Notes under the pieces: generated by a model
Databases searched by the model: none
Told to the model about the DNA's origin: nothing
The model's input: the letters and a program-made list of their open reading frames with translations, nothing else
Part shown: positions 1-8,103 of the stretch, in pieces
Layout of the letters: every line of letters begins with the position of its first letter
How positions within the stretch are numbered: the stretch's first letter is position 1
Translations under genes and position numbers: made by a program
NCBI GenBank assembly: GCA_035645115.1
Contig: DASQNF010000017.1
Coordinates: forward strand, 1-36,132
DNA: 36,132 bases
Direction: 5' to 3'
Source: Thermoleophilaceae bacterium
Lineage (GTDB): Bacteria > Actinomycetota > Thermoleophilia > Solirubrobacterales > Thermoleophilaceae

Positions 1-528
1 CGCGGTGATCGCGAACATCAGCTTCAGCGCCTCGCCGACGCCGATCAGGTGGATCCCCACGAACACCGCGTAGAACACGAGGTAGACCGGCCAGCCGGCG
101 CTGATCCCGATGTCGAGCGACTCGACGTAGCCGCCGATGAACACGACGATCGCGGCCGGCGCGATCGCGTACTCGATCAGGATCGCCGTGCCGGTGGCGA
201 AGCCGCCCGTCGGCCCGAGCGCGCGGCGCGCGAACGCGTAGCCGGCGCCCGTCACCGGCAGCGCCGAGGAGAGCTCGGCCAGGCCGAGCACCATCCCGAA
301 GTACATGACCGCCATCAGGATGGTCGCAACCAGCAGGCCGCCCCAACCCCCCTCGGCGAGGCCGAAGTTCCAGCCGGCGAAGTCACCCGAGATGACGTAC
401 GCCACGCCCAGGCCGGCCAGCAGGACCCAGCCGGCTGCGCCGGAGCGCAGCTGGCGGCGCTCGAGGTAGTCCGTCCCGGCCGTCTCGTACTCGGCACGGT
501 GAACGCGCCGACGTCCCTCGCTAGCCAT
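1..528 (-). CDS. APC-superfamily amino-acid permease, ethanolamine-permease-like (N-terminal part only; gene continues past the left edge)
   Basis: Absent from the ORF track because it runs off the window. Reverse translation from ATG (528-526) gives MASEGRRRVHRAEYETAGTDYLERRQLRSGAAGWVLLAGLGVAYVISGDFAGWNFGLAEGGWGGLLVATILMAV...TGTAILIEYAIAPAAIVVFIGGY. It is multi-TM, and the GDFAGWNFGL block is as I recall for ethanolamine permeases. AGGAGG (535-540) lies 6 nt before the ATG. Confidence 0.8.
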   Translation of the reverse strand, partial: MASEGRRRVHRAEYETAGTDYLERRQLRSGAAGWVLLAGLGVAYVISGDFAGWNFGLAEGGWGGLLVATILMAVMYFGMVLGLAELSSALPVTGAGYAFARRALGPTGGFATGTAILIEYAIAPAAIVVFIGGYVESLDIGISAGWPVYLVFYAVFVGIHLIGVGEALKLMFAITA

Positions 529-584
529 GCACCGCCTCCTCTTCCCTCCCCGCGGGGGAATGGTTCGAGCGTCCGAGCTTGAAA

Positions 585-612
585 TATCTACCCGGGGCGA
601 CCGGCGTGTCAA
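585..612 (-). promoter_or_regulatory. Candidate sigma70-like promoter of the permease gene (TTGACA, 16 nt, TAGATA)
   Basis: The minus strand reads cTTGACAcgccggtcgccccgggTAGATAtt. The -35 is at 607-612 and the -10 at 585-590, about 57 nt upstream of the ATG. Confidence 0.4.
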
Positions 613-693
613 GCCCCGCGGGCAACGGCGCCCAACCGCCCCGCCACCGACCTGTTCGCCGCCGAGGTGCTGAGCTTCCTGGAGGGCGGCGGC

Positions 694-711
694 GGGCGGT
701 CTGAGCTCAGT
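694..711 (+). other. tRNA 5'-end-like segment (GGGCGGT acceptor strand followed by a GCTCAGT D-arm-like block)
   Basis: GGGCGGT (694-700) is the exact complement of ACCGCCC (975-981). GCTCAGT (705-711) is the canonical D-stem/loop start, but it is offset by 2 extra nt and no D-stem closure follows. Confidence 0.35.
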
Positions 712-727
712 CACGCCGCCCAGGCGC

Positions 728-752
728 GTCGTCGTCGAAGACGGACGACGAC
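728..752 (+). repeat. Perfect inverted repeat forming a hairpin (9-bp stem, 7-nt loop)
   Basis: GTCGTCGTC (728-736), loop gaagacg, GACGACGAC (744-752). Confidence 0.7.
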
Positions 753-825
753 CCGGGTTGGACGCCGCGGCTGGTGTCTCGCGTGCGAGCCCTCCGCCGC
801 CGCTTTCGCGAAGCAGGAGTGCTCC

Positions 826-921
826 GTGGAAGCGCTGTGGAAGCGACAAACCGCAGCAGAGCGCAGCAGATATCTGCGGTTGATCGCTCGCCGAGCGGAT
901 TGAGCGACAGACCGCAGTAGA
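826..921 (+). repeat. Cluster of short direct repeats and palindromes in non-coding DNA
   Basis: GTGGAAGCG occurs twice with an 11-nt period (826-834 and 837-845). cgcagcaga occurs twice with a 10-nt period (852-860 and 862-870). GCAGATATCTGC is a 12-bp palindrome (866-877). A 19-nt direct repeat agcgacaAaccgcagCaga (842-860) / agcgacaGaccgcagTaga (903-921) matches at 17 of 19 positions. Confidence 0.75.
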
Positions 922-940
922 CGGCAGCAGCTGCTCGCGC

Positions 941-982
941 CTTACAAGCAAGAGGTCGCCCGTTCGAGCCGGGCACCGCCCA
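941..982 (+). pseudogene. tRNA-Val(UAC) 3' half with no adjacent 5' half (fragment, att-type remnant or part of a split gene)
   Basis: Anticodon loop CTTACAA (941-947, anticodon TAC), stem strand GCAAG, variable loop AGGTC, T arm GCCCG-TTCGAGC-CGGGC (958-974), acceptor strand ACCGCCC (975-981), discriminator A (982). The 5 nt before the loop (CGCGC) do not pair with GCAAG. There is no GGGCGGT 70-76 nt upstream. Confidence 0.6.
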
Positions 983-1053
983 TCGCCGCGAGTTCGCTTC
1001 GGGGGACCCTCGTGCGGCGTTATTGATTGGCGCCGCCACCCGAAGCGGCCTCG

Positions 1054-2631
1054 TTACGGCTTCGACGCGGCGGCGAGCGCGCCGCACAGGCGCTCACGAG
1101 CCTCCAATTCCGCCTCGATGGGAGTCACGACGAGCTCGTCGGCGACCGTCTCCACCCGGGCTCGCAGCGTTCTCGCGGCCCTTGCCGCACGTCGCCTGGC
1201 GCCGACGCCGTTCACGATTCTCGCGACCCACGCGATCAGCAGGCCGAGCGCGAGCCCGCCGACCAGCAGCAGGGTTGGGAGGGGCAGCCCCTCCAGCTCT
1301 GGGAGCGGAACCGCATCCTCGAGCTGAAGGAAGCCAAGCCCCACGATCAGCGCGAGCCACAGGGCTCCAGCCGCCGCGACGAGCGCGAGTGCTCGCTGCA
1401 GCGCGCCGACGAGCGACCACCACAACGGGCGACGCTGAGGCAGCTGAGCGCCGGCGATCGCCCGGTCGAGGCGCTCGGCGAGCTCGTCCTCGCGCGCGGT
1501 TGCCGCCGAGCGTACGAGGCCGGGCCAGGGCTCCGGAAGGCCCTCCGCGGAGCGCGACGCGACCGTGCGCACTGCAGAGTCCGCTTGCGAGCGCTGGACC
1601 CCGGTGGGAGCGGGAAGCGAGGTATGCACGTTCTCGTCGGCCTCCCCCTCGAGTCTCAGGCGCCGCAGCGGATCGGGGCGCAGCCGCCGGGCCCAGCGCA
1701 GCGGCGGCCAGCCGACGGCGAGGGTGCCGCGCCGCTCGTGGGCTCGCCCGACCGCGCGGACGACAAGGGGCACCCCGGCGACGTCGCCGAGGGCTGCGAC
1801 GAGACGCTCCCGGCCGGGTCGATCCACGCCCGCGGCCCTGCCGCGGCCGCAGCCGCAGCCGACGGCGAGCGCTTCCGCCGAGGCGGTGACATCGCCCGAG
1901 AGCCGCGTCATCGCCGCCCGGCGACGCGCGACCCGCTCATCGAGCAGCGCGCCGAGCGCCGCGAGCCCGTCAGCATTCGCGGCGGAGACGGCGAGCACGG
2001 GCACGCCTGAGAGGCCGTCCTGCTTTAGCAGCCGCTCCAGGTCGGCTTCGCAGCGCTCGAGGTCCCGGCGCGTCAGCCGGTCGGCCTGGTTCAGGACCAC
2101 GGCCATGGCGTCCGAGTGGGAGCGCAGGGGCCGCAGGTAGGCGTCGTGAAGCGAGGCGTCCGCGTACTTCTGAGGATCGACGACCCAGACGAGCAGGTCG
2201 ACGAGCCCGATCAGGCGATCAGCCTCGAGGCGATGGCTGCGCTCGACGGAGTCGAAGTCCGGCAGGTCGATGATCACGAGCCCGTCGCGGCGGGCGCCGT
2301 CGACCGAGTGGCGGATGCCGACATCGAGCCAGTCGAGCAACGCGTGCGGGTGCTCGCCCCAGACAGCGGCCGTGGCTGCCGCGGTCGTGGGACGCCGGAC
2401 GCTGACCCTCGCCAGTTCGCCACCGGCGAGCGCGTTGAAGAGCGATGACTTGCCGGCGCCGGTGGGTCCGGCGAGCGCGACGACGGTTGCCTCGGTCCCG
2501 AACTCGAGCCGCTCGCCGGCGCGGCGGATTACCTCGCGCGCGCGCTCGAGCGCGTCCCCGTCGAGCCGCCCCTCCGCGAGCTCGGCGGCGGTCGCGAGCG
2601 CGGCGAGGCGGCGATCGAGCGCGGTGCTCAC
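1054..2631 (-). CDS. Dynamin-like / YfjP-type membrane GTPase (paralog B, two C-terminal TM helices)
   Basis: 525 aa. P-loop ALAGPTGAGKSSLFNALAG, DLPD and NQAD motifs. C-terminal hydrophobic hairpin (LWWSLVGALQRALALVAAAGALWLALIVGLGFL and LLLVGGLALGLLIAWVARIV). The GTG start overlaps the upstream stop as GTGA (2628-2631). Confidence 0.8.
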   Translation of the reverse strand: MSTALDRRLAALATAAELAEGRLDGDALERAREVIRRAGERLEFGTEATVVALAGPTGAGKSSLFNALAGGELARVSVRRPTTAAATAAVWGEHPHALLDWLDVGIRHSVDGARRDGLVIIDLPDFDSVERSHRLEADRLIGLVDLLVWVVDPQKYADASLHDAYLRPLRSHSDAMAVVLNQADRLTRRDLERCEADLERLLKQDGLSGVPVLAVSAANADGLAALGALLDERVARRRAAMTRLSGDVTASAEALAVGCGCGRGRAAGVDRPGRERLVAALGDVAGVPLVVRAVGRAHERRGTLAVGWPPLRWARRLRPDPLRRLRLEGEADENVHTSLPAPTGVQRSQADSAVRTVASRSAEGLPEPWPGLVRSAATAREDELAERLDRAIAGAQLPQRRPLWWSLVGALQRALALVAAAGALWLALIVGLGFLQLEDAVPLPELEGLPLPTLLLVGGLALGLLIAWVARIVNGVGARRRAARAARTLRARVETVADELVVTPIEAELEARERLCGALAAASKP

Positions 2632-4292
2632 CGGGCGGCGCTCACCGCCGCGAGCGCCTCGCGCAAGGCGTCGGCGCCTTCGGGCGGGGGCGTCACTCGG
2701 TCGAGCAGACCTTCGAATCGCGCTGCCTCGCCTTCGAGCAGCCGCTCGACCCGCGCAAGCAGATCCTCGCGCGCGCGCGCCGCCAGCGAGCGCACCGCCT
2801 GATCGCCGAAGATCGCCTCGAGCACCTTTTGGCTGAGCGCGCTGGTGCCGCCGGCGACCACGAGCTCAGCCCCGCTCAGCCCGGCTGAATGCACGAAGAC
2901 CGCGAGCATCACCGTTAGGCCGGCGCCGTTCACGCCCAGCGAGGCCAGCCGCGCGGTCGCTCGCTTGTCCGCCCCCTCGGCGGAGACGAGCTGGAAGACG
3001 AAACCCTGCCACTCGCGGACCTCGGCGCTCGTGCGCTCGAGCAGGTTGCCCGACGCCGCGTCGAGCCGATCGGCGCCGCCGAGCAGCGCGCGTCCGGCGC
3101 CACTCGCCTGCCAGGCGGCCGCCGCCCGCTGCGCTGCGCGGTCCGCCGCGGCGTGAACGACGCCGTCGACGCTCGTCTCCACCGCCGCCGTCAGCTCTAC
3201 GTCTCCGGGCGGCCGGCCGCTCGCCAGCGCTCGCAGGCGATCGCGAAGCCAGCCGATCCGCGACTCGATAGCGCGCATGACCTCGCCGGTGCCGACGACG
3301 TCGTACCAGCGCGCGAGCACCTCGCCGCGAAGCAGCGAGCCGCTGCGAATCGCCTCGTCGACCTCCTCGACGGCCCGCTCGTAGGCGCTCTCGACCTCGC
3401 CTCGGAGCTCCTCCGCGAACGCCTGCTGCTCGTCGACCGCGTCGGCGATCCTGCGGACCCGACCGTCGAGACTCGCCAGTGCGCCGCGCAGCGTCCGGCG
3501 GGCCAGCTCCGCTCGCGAGTCGGCATCGGCGGCAAGCCGGTCTAGCCAGCCGCCGACCGGCGCCAGCGCCTCCGGCGCTAGCAACCCTTCCGCCAGCTCG
3601 CTCTCGGCGATCGTCAGGACTTCTGCGTCACCGAGCCCACGCTCGGCGAGCATGGCGCGGAGGTGGTCCTCGACCTCGCCCGCCCCCGGCGGCACGCGGT
3701 TGAGGACGATGGAGAGGGCCGTCCCGCGCTCGCGCGCGCGGTGCAGCAGCTCCCACGGCACCGCGTCGGCGTAGCGCGCGGCCGTGGTAACGAAGAGCCA
3801 CGCGTCGGCGGCCGCGAACAGCTGGCGTGCGAGATCGCGGTTGGCCTCCACCACCGAGTCGATGTCCGGCGAGTCCAACAGCGCCAGGCCCGGGGCGATG
3901 CCGTCAGTCGGCGCGATCGTCAGACCACCCGCGCCTGCCTCGCCACCGTGAGTTCGAGGGAAGCCCGGGAGCACCCGATCACCCTCGAAGAAGCGGACCT
4001 CCGTCGGATGGCAGACGAGCACGGGCGCACGCGTCGTTGGGCGGAGGACCCCGGACGGACTTACCTCAGCACCTACGAGCGAGTTCACGATCGTCGACTT
4101 GCCGGCCCCGGTGGAGCCGCCGACGACGATCAAGAGCGGAGCGTCCATCTGCCGCAACCGCGGCAGGAGGTAGTCACCGATCTGGCCGACCAGCTCGTCG
4201 CGGAGCAGCCGCGCCTCGGGCGCAGCCGGCAGCTCGAGCGCGAGCCGCGCCGTCCGCGCCTCCGCGCGAAGGCGTTCGAGCGGCTCGAGCAA
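2628..4292 (-). CDS. Dynamin-like / YfjP-type GTPase (paralog A)
   Basis: 554 aa. P-loop VVGGSTGAGKSTIVNSLVG and a DSPD motif. Long helical C-terminal region with one hydrophobic patch (GAGLTVMLAVFVHSAGL). TTG start at 4292. Confidence 0.8.
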   Translation of the reverse strand: MLEPLERLRAEARTARLALELPAAPEARLLRDELVGQIGDYLLPRLRQMDAPLLIVVGGSTGAGKSTIVNSLVGAEVSPSGVLRPTTRAPVLVCHPTEVRFFEGDRVLPGFPRTHGGEAGAGGLTIAPTDGIAPGLALLDSPDIDSVVEANRDLARQLFAAADAWLFVTTAARYADAVPWELLHRARERGTALSIVLNRVPPGAGEVEDHLRAMLAERGLGDAEVLTIAESELAEGLLAPEALAPVGGWLDRLAADADSRAELARRTLRGALASLDGRVRRIADAVDEQQAFAEELRGEVESAYERAVEEVDEAIRSGSLLRGEVLARWYDVVGTGEVMRAIESRIGWLRDRLRALASGRPPGDVELTAAVETSVDGVVHAAADRAAQRAAAAWQASGAGRALLGGADRLDAASGNLLERTSAEVREWQGFVFQLVSAEGADKRATARLASLGVNGAGLTVMLAVFVHSAGLSGAELVVAGGTSALSQKVLEAIFGDQAVRSLAARAREDLLARVERLLEGEAARFEGLLDRVTPPPEGADALREALAAVSAAR

Positions 4293-4436
4293 AGCGGCGC
4301 TGGGGTCGATTCGCTTCCCCTACCCCCAAGTTGGCCGGGTTAGCCGCTTTCGGCGGGGATGGCCGTCCGGCCTATCCGCCCGCAGTCAACCGGCGGTCGC
4401 CGGAGCATGCGCGCCCTGGCCGGGCCGGCGTGGGGT

Positions 4437-4754
4437 CTAGGTGGGGGGCTTCGATCCGCGGAGGCCGTAGTGGCTGTAGAGCTGAGCCTCCTCGGACTCC
4501 GACAGTTCGCCATCGCGGCTCACGCCCGGAGCGTCCTTCACATGTTCCTTGCTGAACGGCACCTGGACGTCCTCGCCCGCCGGTGTTGCGCCTGCCAGCG
4601 GGACGAAGCTCGAGATTGTCCCGAACAGCCCGGTGTCCACGATCGCCCACTCGGGGTTGCCGGTCTGGTCGGGGTAGATCTCCTCCAGCCTGCCGATCTT
4701 GTCGCCGTCGCTGTCGATGACATAACGGCCCCGCCAGCTGTACACGTCACTCAT
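4437..4754 (-). CDS. PRC-barrel domain protein
   Basis: 105 aa. YVIDSDGDKIGRLEEIYPDQTGNPEWAIVDTGLFGTISSFVPLAGA matches the PRC-barrel pattern. Confidence 0.75.
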   Translation of the reverse strand: MSDVYSWRGRYVIDSDGDKIGRLEEIYPDQTGNPEWAIVDTGLFGTISSFVPLAGATPAGEDVQVPFSKEHVKDAPGVSRDGELSESEEAQLYSHYGLRGSKPPT

Positions 4755-4825
4755 CGGTAGTCAGCTACCCGAGTTTTCGTGCGTCATTCAGTCCTGCCTC
4801 AGTCGGAGGGCGCCCAGGGCTCCGC

Positions 4826-6514
4826 TCAGCCTGACCCGCGACCGCGCGGATCGAAAGTGCCTAGCCGCTCGTCCACCAGGGTTTCGGCTTCTCGCGCGCT
4901 CGATTGATAGCCGATCACGGCGGACAGGAAGTGGCGCCGTTCGAGCGCGTAGAGCCGTAGCGCCGTGCGCGCGCGCACCGTGGTCGTGCGTGGGGTTTCG
5001 TGGAGTAGCGCGATCTCGCCGAAGCCATCGCCGGGGCCGATCGTGCGGATGCGCCGGCCATCGCCGATCACGTCGGCCTCGCCGTCCTCGATCACGTAGA
5101 AGCGATCGCCGGGGTCGCCCTGGTGGAAGATCTCCTCGCCGGCGGCGAAGTGCGTGTGGTCGACGTGCTGCGCGAGGTTGTCGATCGCCGGCATCGGCAG
5201 CGGGCGGAAGATGGAGACCTTGTTGAGCACCTCGACCTCCTCGTCCCGGTGCGCTATCGAGGCGTCGATGGCCCGGAGGCGCCGCCAGGCGAGCGCGACA
5301 ACGGCTGGTGCCACCAGTCCGAGCGCGGCCAGGGCGCCTCTGACCCCCAGCAGGTCGATCGCCAACGGCGTGACAAGTGAGCCGAGCGCCACCGTCAGAG
5401 CGCCCAAGCTCTCGAGCGCGCCGAACACGCGGGCGAGCAACTCCTCCGGCACGAGCCGCGGAACGAGCGTGAACACGCCGACGTCTACGAGCGCGTTGCC
5501 TACGCCGATCACCCCCAACAGGGCCAGCACCACTGGCTCGGACGGGAGCGCACCGATCAGGATGAGCGGCAGGCCCCAGAGCGCCACGCCGATGCCCTCC
5601 ACTGCGGCGAGCCGCCGACCGCTCACGAGCATCGAGGCACCCAGCGATCCAGCAACCGCACCTGCCCCCACGGCCGCCGTCAGAACACCCACCCCGGGGG
5701 AACCCATCCCCAGCAGCTCGAGCGCTACCACCACCAGGAACACGTTCAGGAAGCCGCGCGTCAGCGTCTGCCCGAGCACCACTCCTATCGCCAGCCCGAC
5801 AGAGCGATAGCGCGCGAGCGCGCGGAAGCCGTCAGCGGTCTCGTGCAAGATCCGCCGCAGCGGCTGGGGCCGGCCGCGCGGCGGCGCCTCGTACGACAGC
5901 CCCAGGACGAGCACGCCCGAGGTGAGCGACAGCGCTGCAGCGAGCCCGAACACCGCTGCCGAGCTGCCAAGCTCGAGGAGCAGCGCGGCTGCGAGCGGGC
6001 CGAGCAACGTGCTGAGCGAATCGAGAAGCCCGCGCACCACGTTCGCGCTCGTCAGCTCGAGCGGGCTCTTGCACAGCGCCGGCAGCAACGCAGAGTGGGC
6101 CGGGCGGAACACCGTGAAGGCGACCGTGGCGAGCAGCGCGAGCGCGTACACCGCGATGTTCGGCCCGGCGCCGGCGAGCAGCAGCGCCGCAGCGGCGGTC
6201 GCAGCGGCGCGGATGACGCACGACCACAGCAGCACGCGGTCCCGCGGGAAGCGGTCGGCGAGGGTGGTGCCGAGCGGCGCGAGGAAGGCTGAGGGAGCCA
6301 TGCGCGCGAAAGCCACCACTCCCACGGCGGTTGCGCCACCGTCACGAAACGCCACCACACCGAGCGCCACCGTGAACGCCCACTCCGCCGTCCAGGCCGC
6401 ACCGAACGCCAACTGCGCGCGCAGCAAGCTGGGGTTCCGCGCTGTGGCAGAGAAGGCCAGCGTCGATTCCGCGAGCCGCTTCCTCATCGGGACCGAAACG
6501 GCGGATTCGACCAC
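4826..6514 (-). CDS. MFS transporter fused to a C-terminal cyclic-nucleotide-binding domain
   Basis: 562 aa. About 12 TM segments are followed by FRPLP...GEEIFHQGDPGDRFYVIEDGEADV...GDGFGEIALLHETPRTTTVRA, which carries the FGE-ALL and RT-T-V cNMP-binding signature. The start could be GTG 6514 or ATG 6487. Confidence 0.85.
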   Translation of the reverse strand: MVESAVSVPMRKRLAESTLAFSATARNPSLLRAQLAFGAAWTAEWAFTVALGVVAFRDGGATAVGVVAFARMAPSAFLAPLGTTLADRFPRDRVLLWSCVIRAAATAAAALLLAGAGPNIAVYALALLATVAFTVFRPAHSALLPALCKSPLELTSANVVRGLLDSLSTLLGPLAAALLLELGSSAAVFGLAAALSLTSGVLVLGLSYEAPPRGRPQPLRRILHETADGFRALARYRSVGLAIGVVLGQTLTRGFLNVFLVVVALELLGMGSPGVGVLTAAVGAGAVAGSLGASMLVSGRRLAAVEGIGVALWGLPLILIGALPSEPVVLALLGVIGVGNALVDVGVFTLVPRLVPEELLARVFGALESLGALTVALGSLVTPLAIDLLGVRGALAALGLVAPAVVALAWRRLRAIDASIAHRDEEVEVLNKVSIFRPLPMPAIDNLAQHVDHTHFAAGEEIFHQGDPGDRFYVIEDGEADVIGDGRRIRTIGPGDGFGEIALLHETPRTTTVRARTALRLYALERRHFLSAVIGYQSSAREAETLVDERLGTFDPRGRGSG

Positions 6515-6627
6515 CGCCCGCGATCGGCGTCAAGCGCGAACGACCCCGACCCCACGGCCGGTGGGCGGTCTGGCCGGCGACGTGGTGAAATCCGGCCCGT
6601 GGAGGCGGACTCTGGGGCAGGCGAAGC

Positions 6628-7386
6628 GTGAGCCGGGGCGAGGCGCTCCGCCGCCGGCTGGGCGAGCCTCCGGCGAGCGTTGGCTTGTGGGCCGCTGTGC
6701 CGTCGACCGTCACGGCTCAGGCCGCGGCGTTGGCGGGCGCCGACTACGTGGTGGTCGACGAGCAGCACGGTGTCGTTGGGCCGACGGAGCTGCTCGCGAT
6801 GCTGGCGGCGATCGAGATGAGCGGCGCTGCGCCGCTGGTGCGTGTTGCACGCAATGAGCCCTGGACGATCGGGCGTGCGCTAGACCTCGGTGCGCATGGG
6901 GTGATCGTGCCGCTGGTCAACGATGCCGACGAGGCCGCCGCCACGGTCGCAGCCTGCCGCTACGCGCCCGCCGGAGTGCGGTCGTGGGGGGTCGTGCGGG
7001 GAGAGCCGGATCCGGCGCCGCTGTGCCTGGTGATGGTCGAGACCCGGTCAGCCCTCGACAACCTGCACTCGATCGCGCGCACGCCGGGCCTCGATGGGCT
7101 CTATGTCGGCCCGTCCGATCTGGCGCTCGGGCTCAACCTGCAGCCGACCGGGGTGATCGAGCACCGGGAGGTGCTCGAGGCGATCGGCGAGGTGCGCGCG
7201 GCGTGTGGTCGGGAGGGGCGCATCGCAGGCGTGCACTGCCTCAGCGTGGATGACGCCGCGCGCTTCGTGCGCGACGGCGTCGAGATGGTCACCGCGGGAT
7301 CTGACGTCGTTCACCTGCGCCGGGCGCTGGCGAACGCCATAGCCACCGCGCGCGGTGAGCCGCGTGGCGGTCAAGCTCCCTCCTGA
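6628..7386 (+). CDS. HpcH/HpaI family aldolase
   Basis: 252 aa. GLWAAVPSTVTAQAAALAGADYVVVDEQHG...PLVRVARNEPWTIGRALDLGAHGVIVPLVNDADEA is typical of HpcH/HpaI aldolases. GTG start. Confidence 0.8.
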   Translation: MSRGEALRRRLGEPPASVGLWAAVPSTVTAQAAALAGADYVVVDEQHGVVGPTELLAMLAAIEMSGAAPLVRVARNEPWTIGRALDLGAHGVIVPLVNDADEAAATVAACRYAPAGVRSWGVVRGEPDPAPLCLVMVETRSALDNLHSIARTPGLDGLYVGPSDLALGLNLQPTGVIEHREVLEAIGEVRAACGREGRIAGVHCLSVDDAARFVRDGVEMVTAGSDVVHLRRALANAIATARGEPRGGQAPS

Positions 7387-7482
7387 ACCTCCCGTCGTGT
7401 GTGCCCCCGCCCACGAAACGGCCGCTAGTCCGCTCGACTGAGAAGCCAATACTCATGCACAGGGGACGATCGGCGCGGGTGG

Positions 7483-8103
7483 TCAAGCGTCCCGGAGCCT
7501 GTCGAGCCCATCGAGGATGAGGTCGAGGCCGAACAGGAATTCGGTGGCGTAGTCGTACCCGGTGTCGGCGACGTAGCCCCCGACCACCTCGACGAGGTGC
7601 GGGTAGTTACCGAGGACCGCCTCGTACTCGCGCATCTGCCGCTTCGCCTCCGCCGCGAAGTCGGTCGCGCTCTCCGACGCCATGTCCCTCTCTTGGAGTG
7701 CGAACCCGTAGATGTAGGCGTCCTGGACGGAGTATGCGTGGACGGTCATCTCGATCGAGAAGCCGGCGCCCCGCAGGCAGCCGAGCACCGCGTTGTGGAG
7801 GCTGAGGTTCGCCGGCCCGTGGCTGGCCCGCCCCTCCATCAGGCCGATCGCCCAACGGTGCCGCGCGAGGGCGTCTCGCGTCGATACCGCCCGTTTGCGC
7901 AGCGCCGTCTTCCAGTCGACGTCTGTCGGCGGGAGCTCGATCTCGCCGAAGACGATGTCGATCATGCCGTCGAGCAGGTCGTCCTTGCTGGCGACGTGGT
8001 TGTAAAGGGACATCGCCTCGACGCCGAGCTCCTTCGCGAGCCTGCGCATCGTCAGCGACTCGAAGCCGCGCTCATCTGCAAGGGCGACTGCTGCGCGCAG
8101 CAC
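7483..8103 (-). CDS. TetR family transcriptional regulator (the true start probably lies upstream, up to 8166)
   Basis: The HTH is ERGFESLTMRRLAKELGVEAMSLYNHVASKDDLL. In-frame upstream sequence encodes RRRPRRLSRERV, typical of a TetR N-terminus, but it has no ATG, GTG or TTG. AAGGAGG (8175-8181) lies 8 nt before an in-frame ATC (8166-8164). Confidence 0.85.
   Translation of the reverse strand: MLRAAVALADERGFESLTMRRLAKELGVEAMSLYNHVASKDDLLDGMIDIVFGEIELPPTDVDWKTALRKRAVSTRDALARHRWAIGLMEGRASHGPANLSLHNAVLGCLRGAGFSIEMTVHAYSVQDAYIYGFALQERDMASESATDFAAEAKRQMREYEAVLGNYPHLVEVVGGYVADTGYDYATEFLFGLDLILDGLDRLRDA

Noticed and set aside
529-700. Cobalamin or other riboswitch in front of the ethanolamine-permease-like gene.
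   Set aside because: A plausible promoter lies only about 57 nt upstream of the ATG, leaving a short leader with just an AGGAGG site. I saw no B12-box-like sequence.
701-945. Group I intron inside a tRNA-Val gene.
   Set aside because: Bacterial tRNA group I introns sit in the anticodon loop. Here the 5' piece lacks the D-stem closure and the 5' strand of the anticodon stem (CTTGC is absent), so the exons would be incomplete. I also could not recognise P3-P8 core elements by eye.
694-982. tmRNA (ssrA) hypothesis for the element with a tRNA-like 3' end and a distant complementary 5' end.
   Set aside because: The acceptor has G3:C70, not the G3:U70 needed for alanylation. The 3' part retains a valine anticodon loop, which tmRNAs lack. 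No frame encodes a tag ending in a hydrophobic ...AA stop. At 289 nt it is short for an actinobacterial tmRNA. The idea is kept only as something for cmsearch to exclude.
4755-4790. SigF/SigB-type stress promoter (GGGTAG box) upstream of the PRC-barrel gene.
   Set aside because: Only the -10-like GGGTAG is present. No convincing GTTT-type -35 lies at the right spacing, so this is too weak to report.
6545-6600. A second occurrence of GGGCGGTCTG (about 6588-6597), matching the tRNA-like 5' piece at 694-703, with a partial inverted partner CCACCGCCC upstream.
   Set aside because: A 10-mer of this GC composition is expected to recur by chance in 36 kb on two strands. There is no flanking tRNA-like context.
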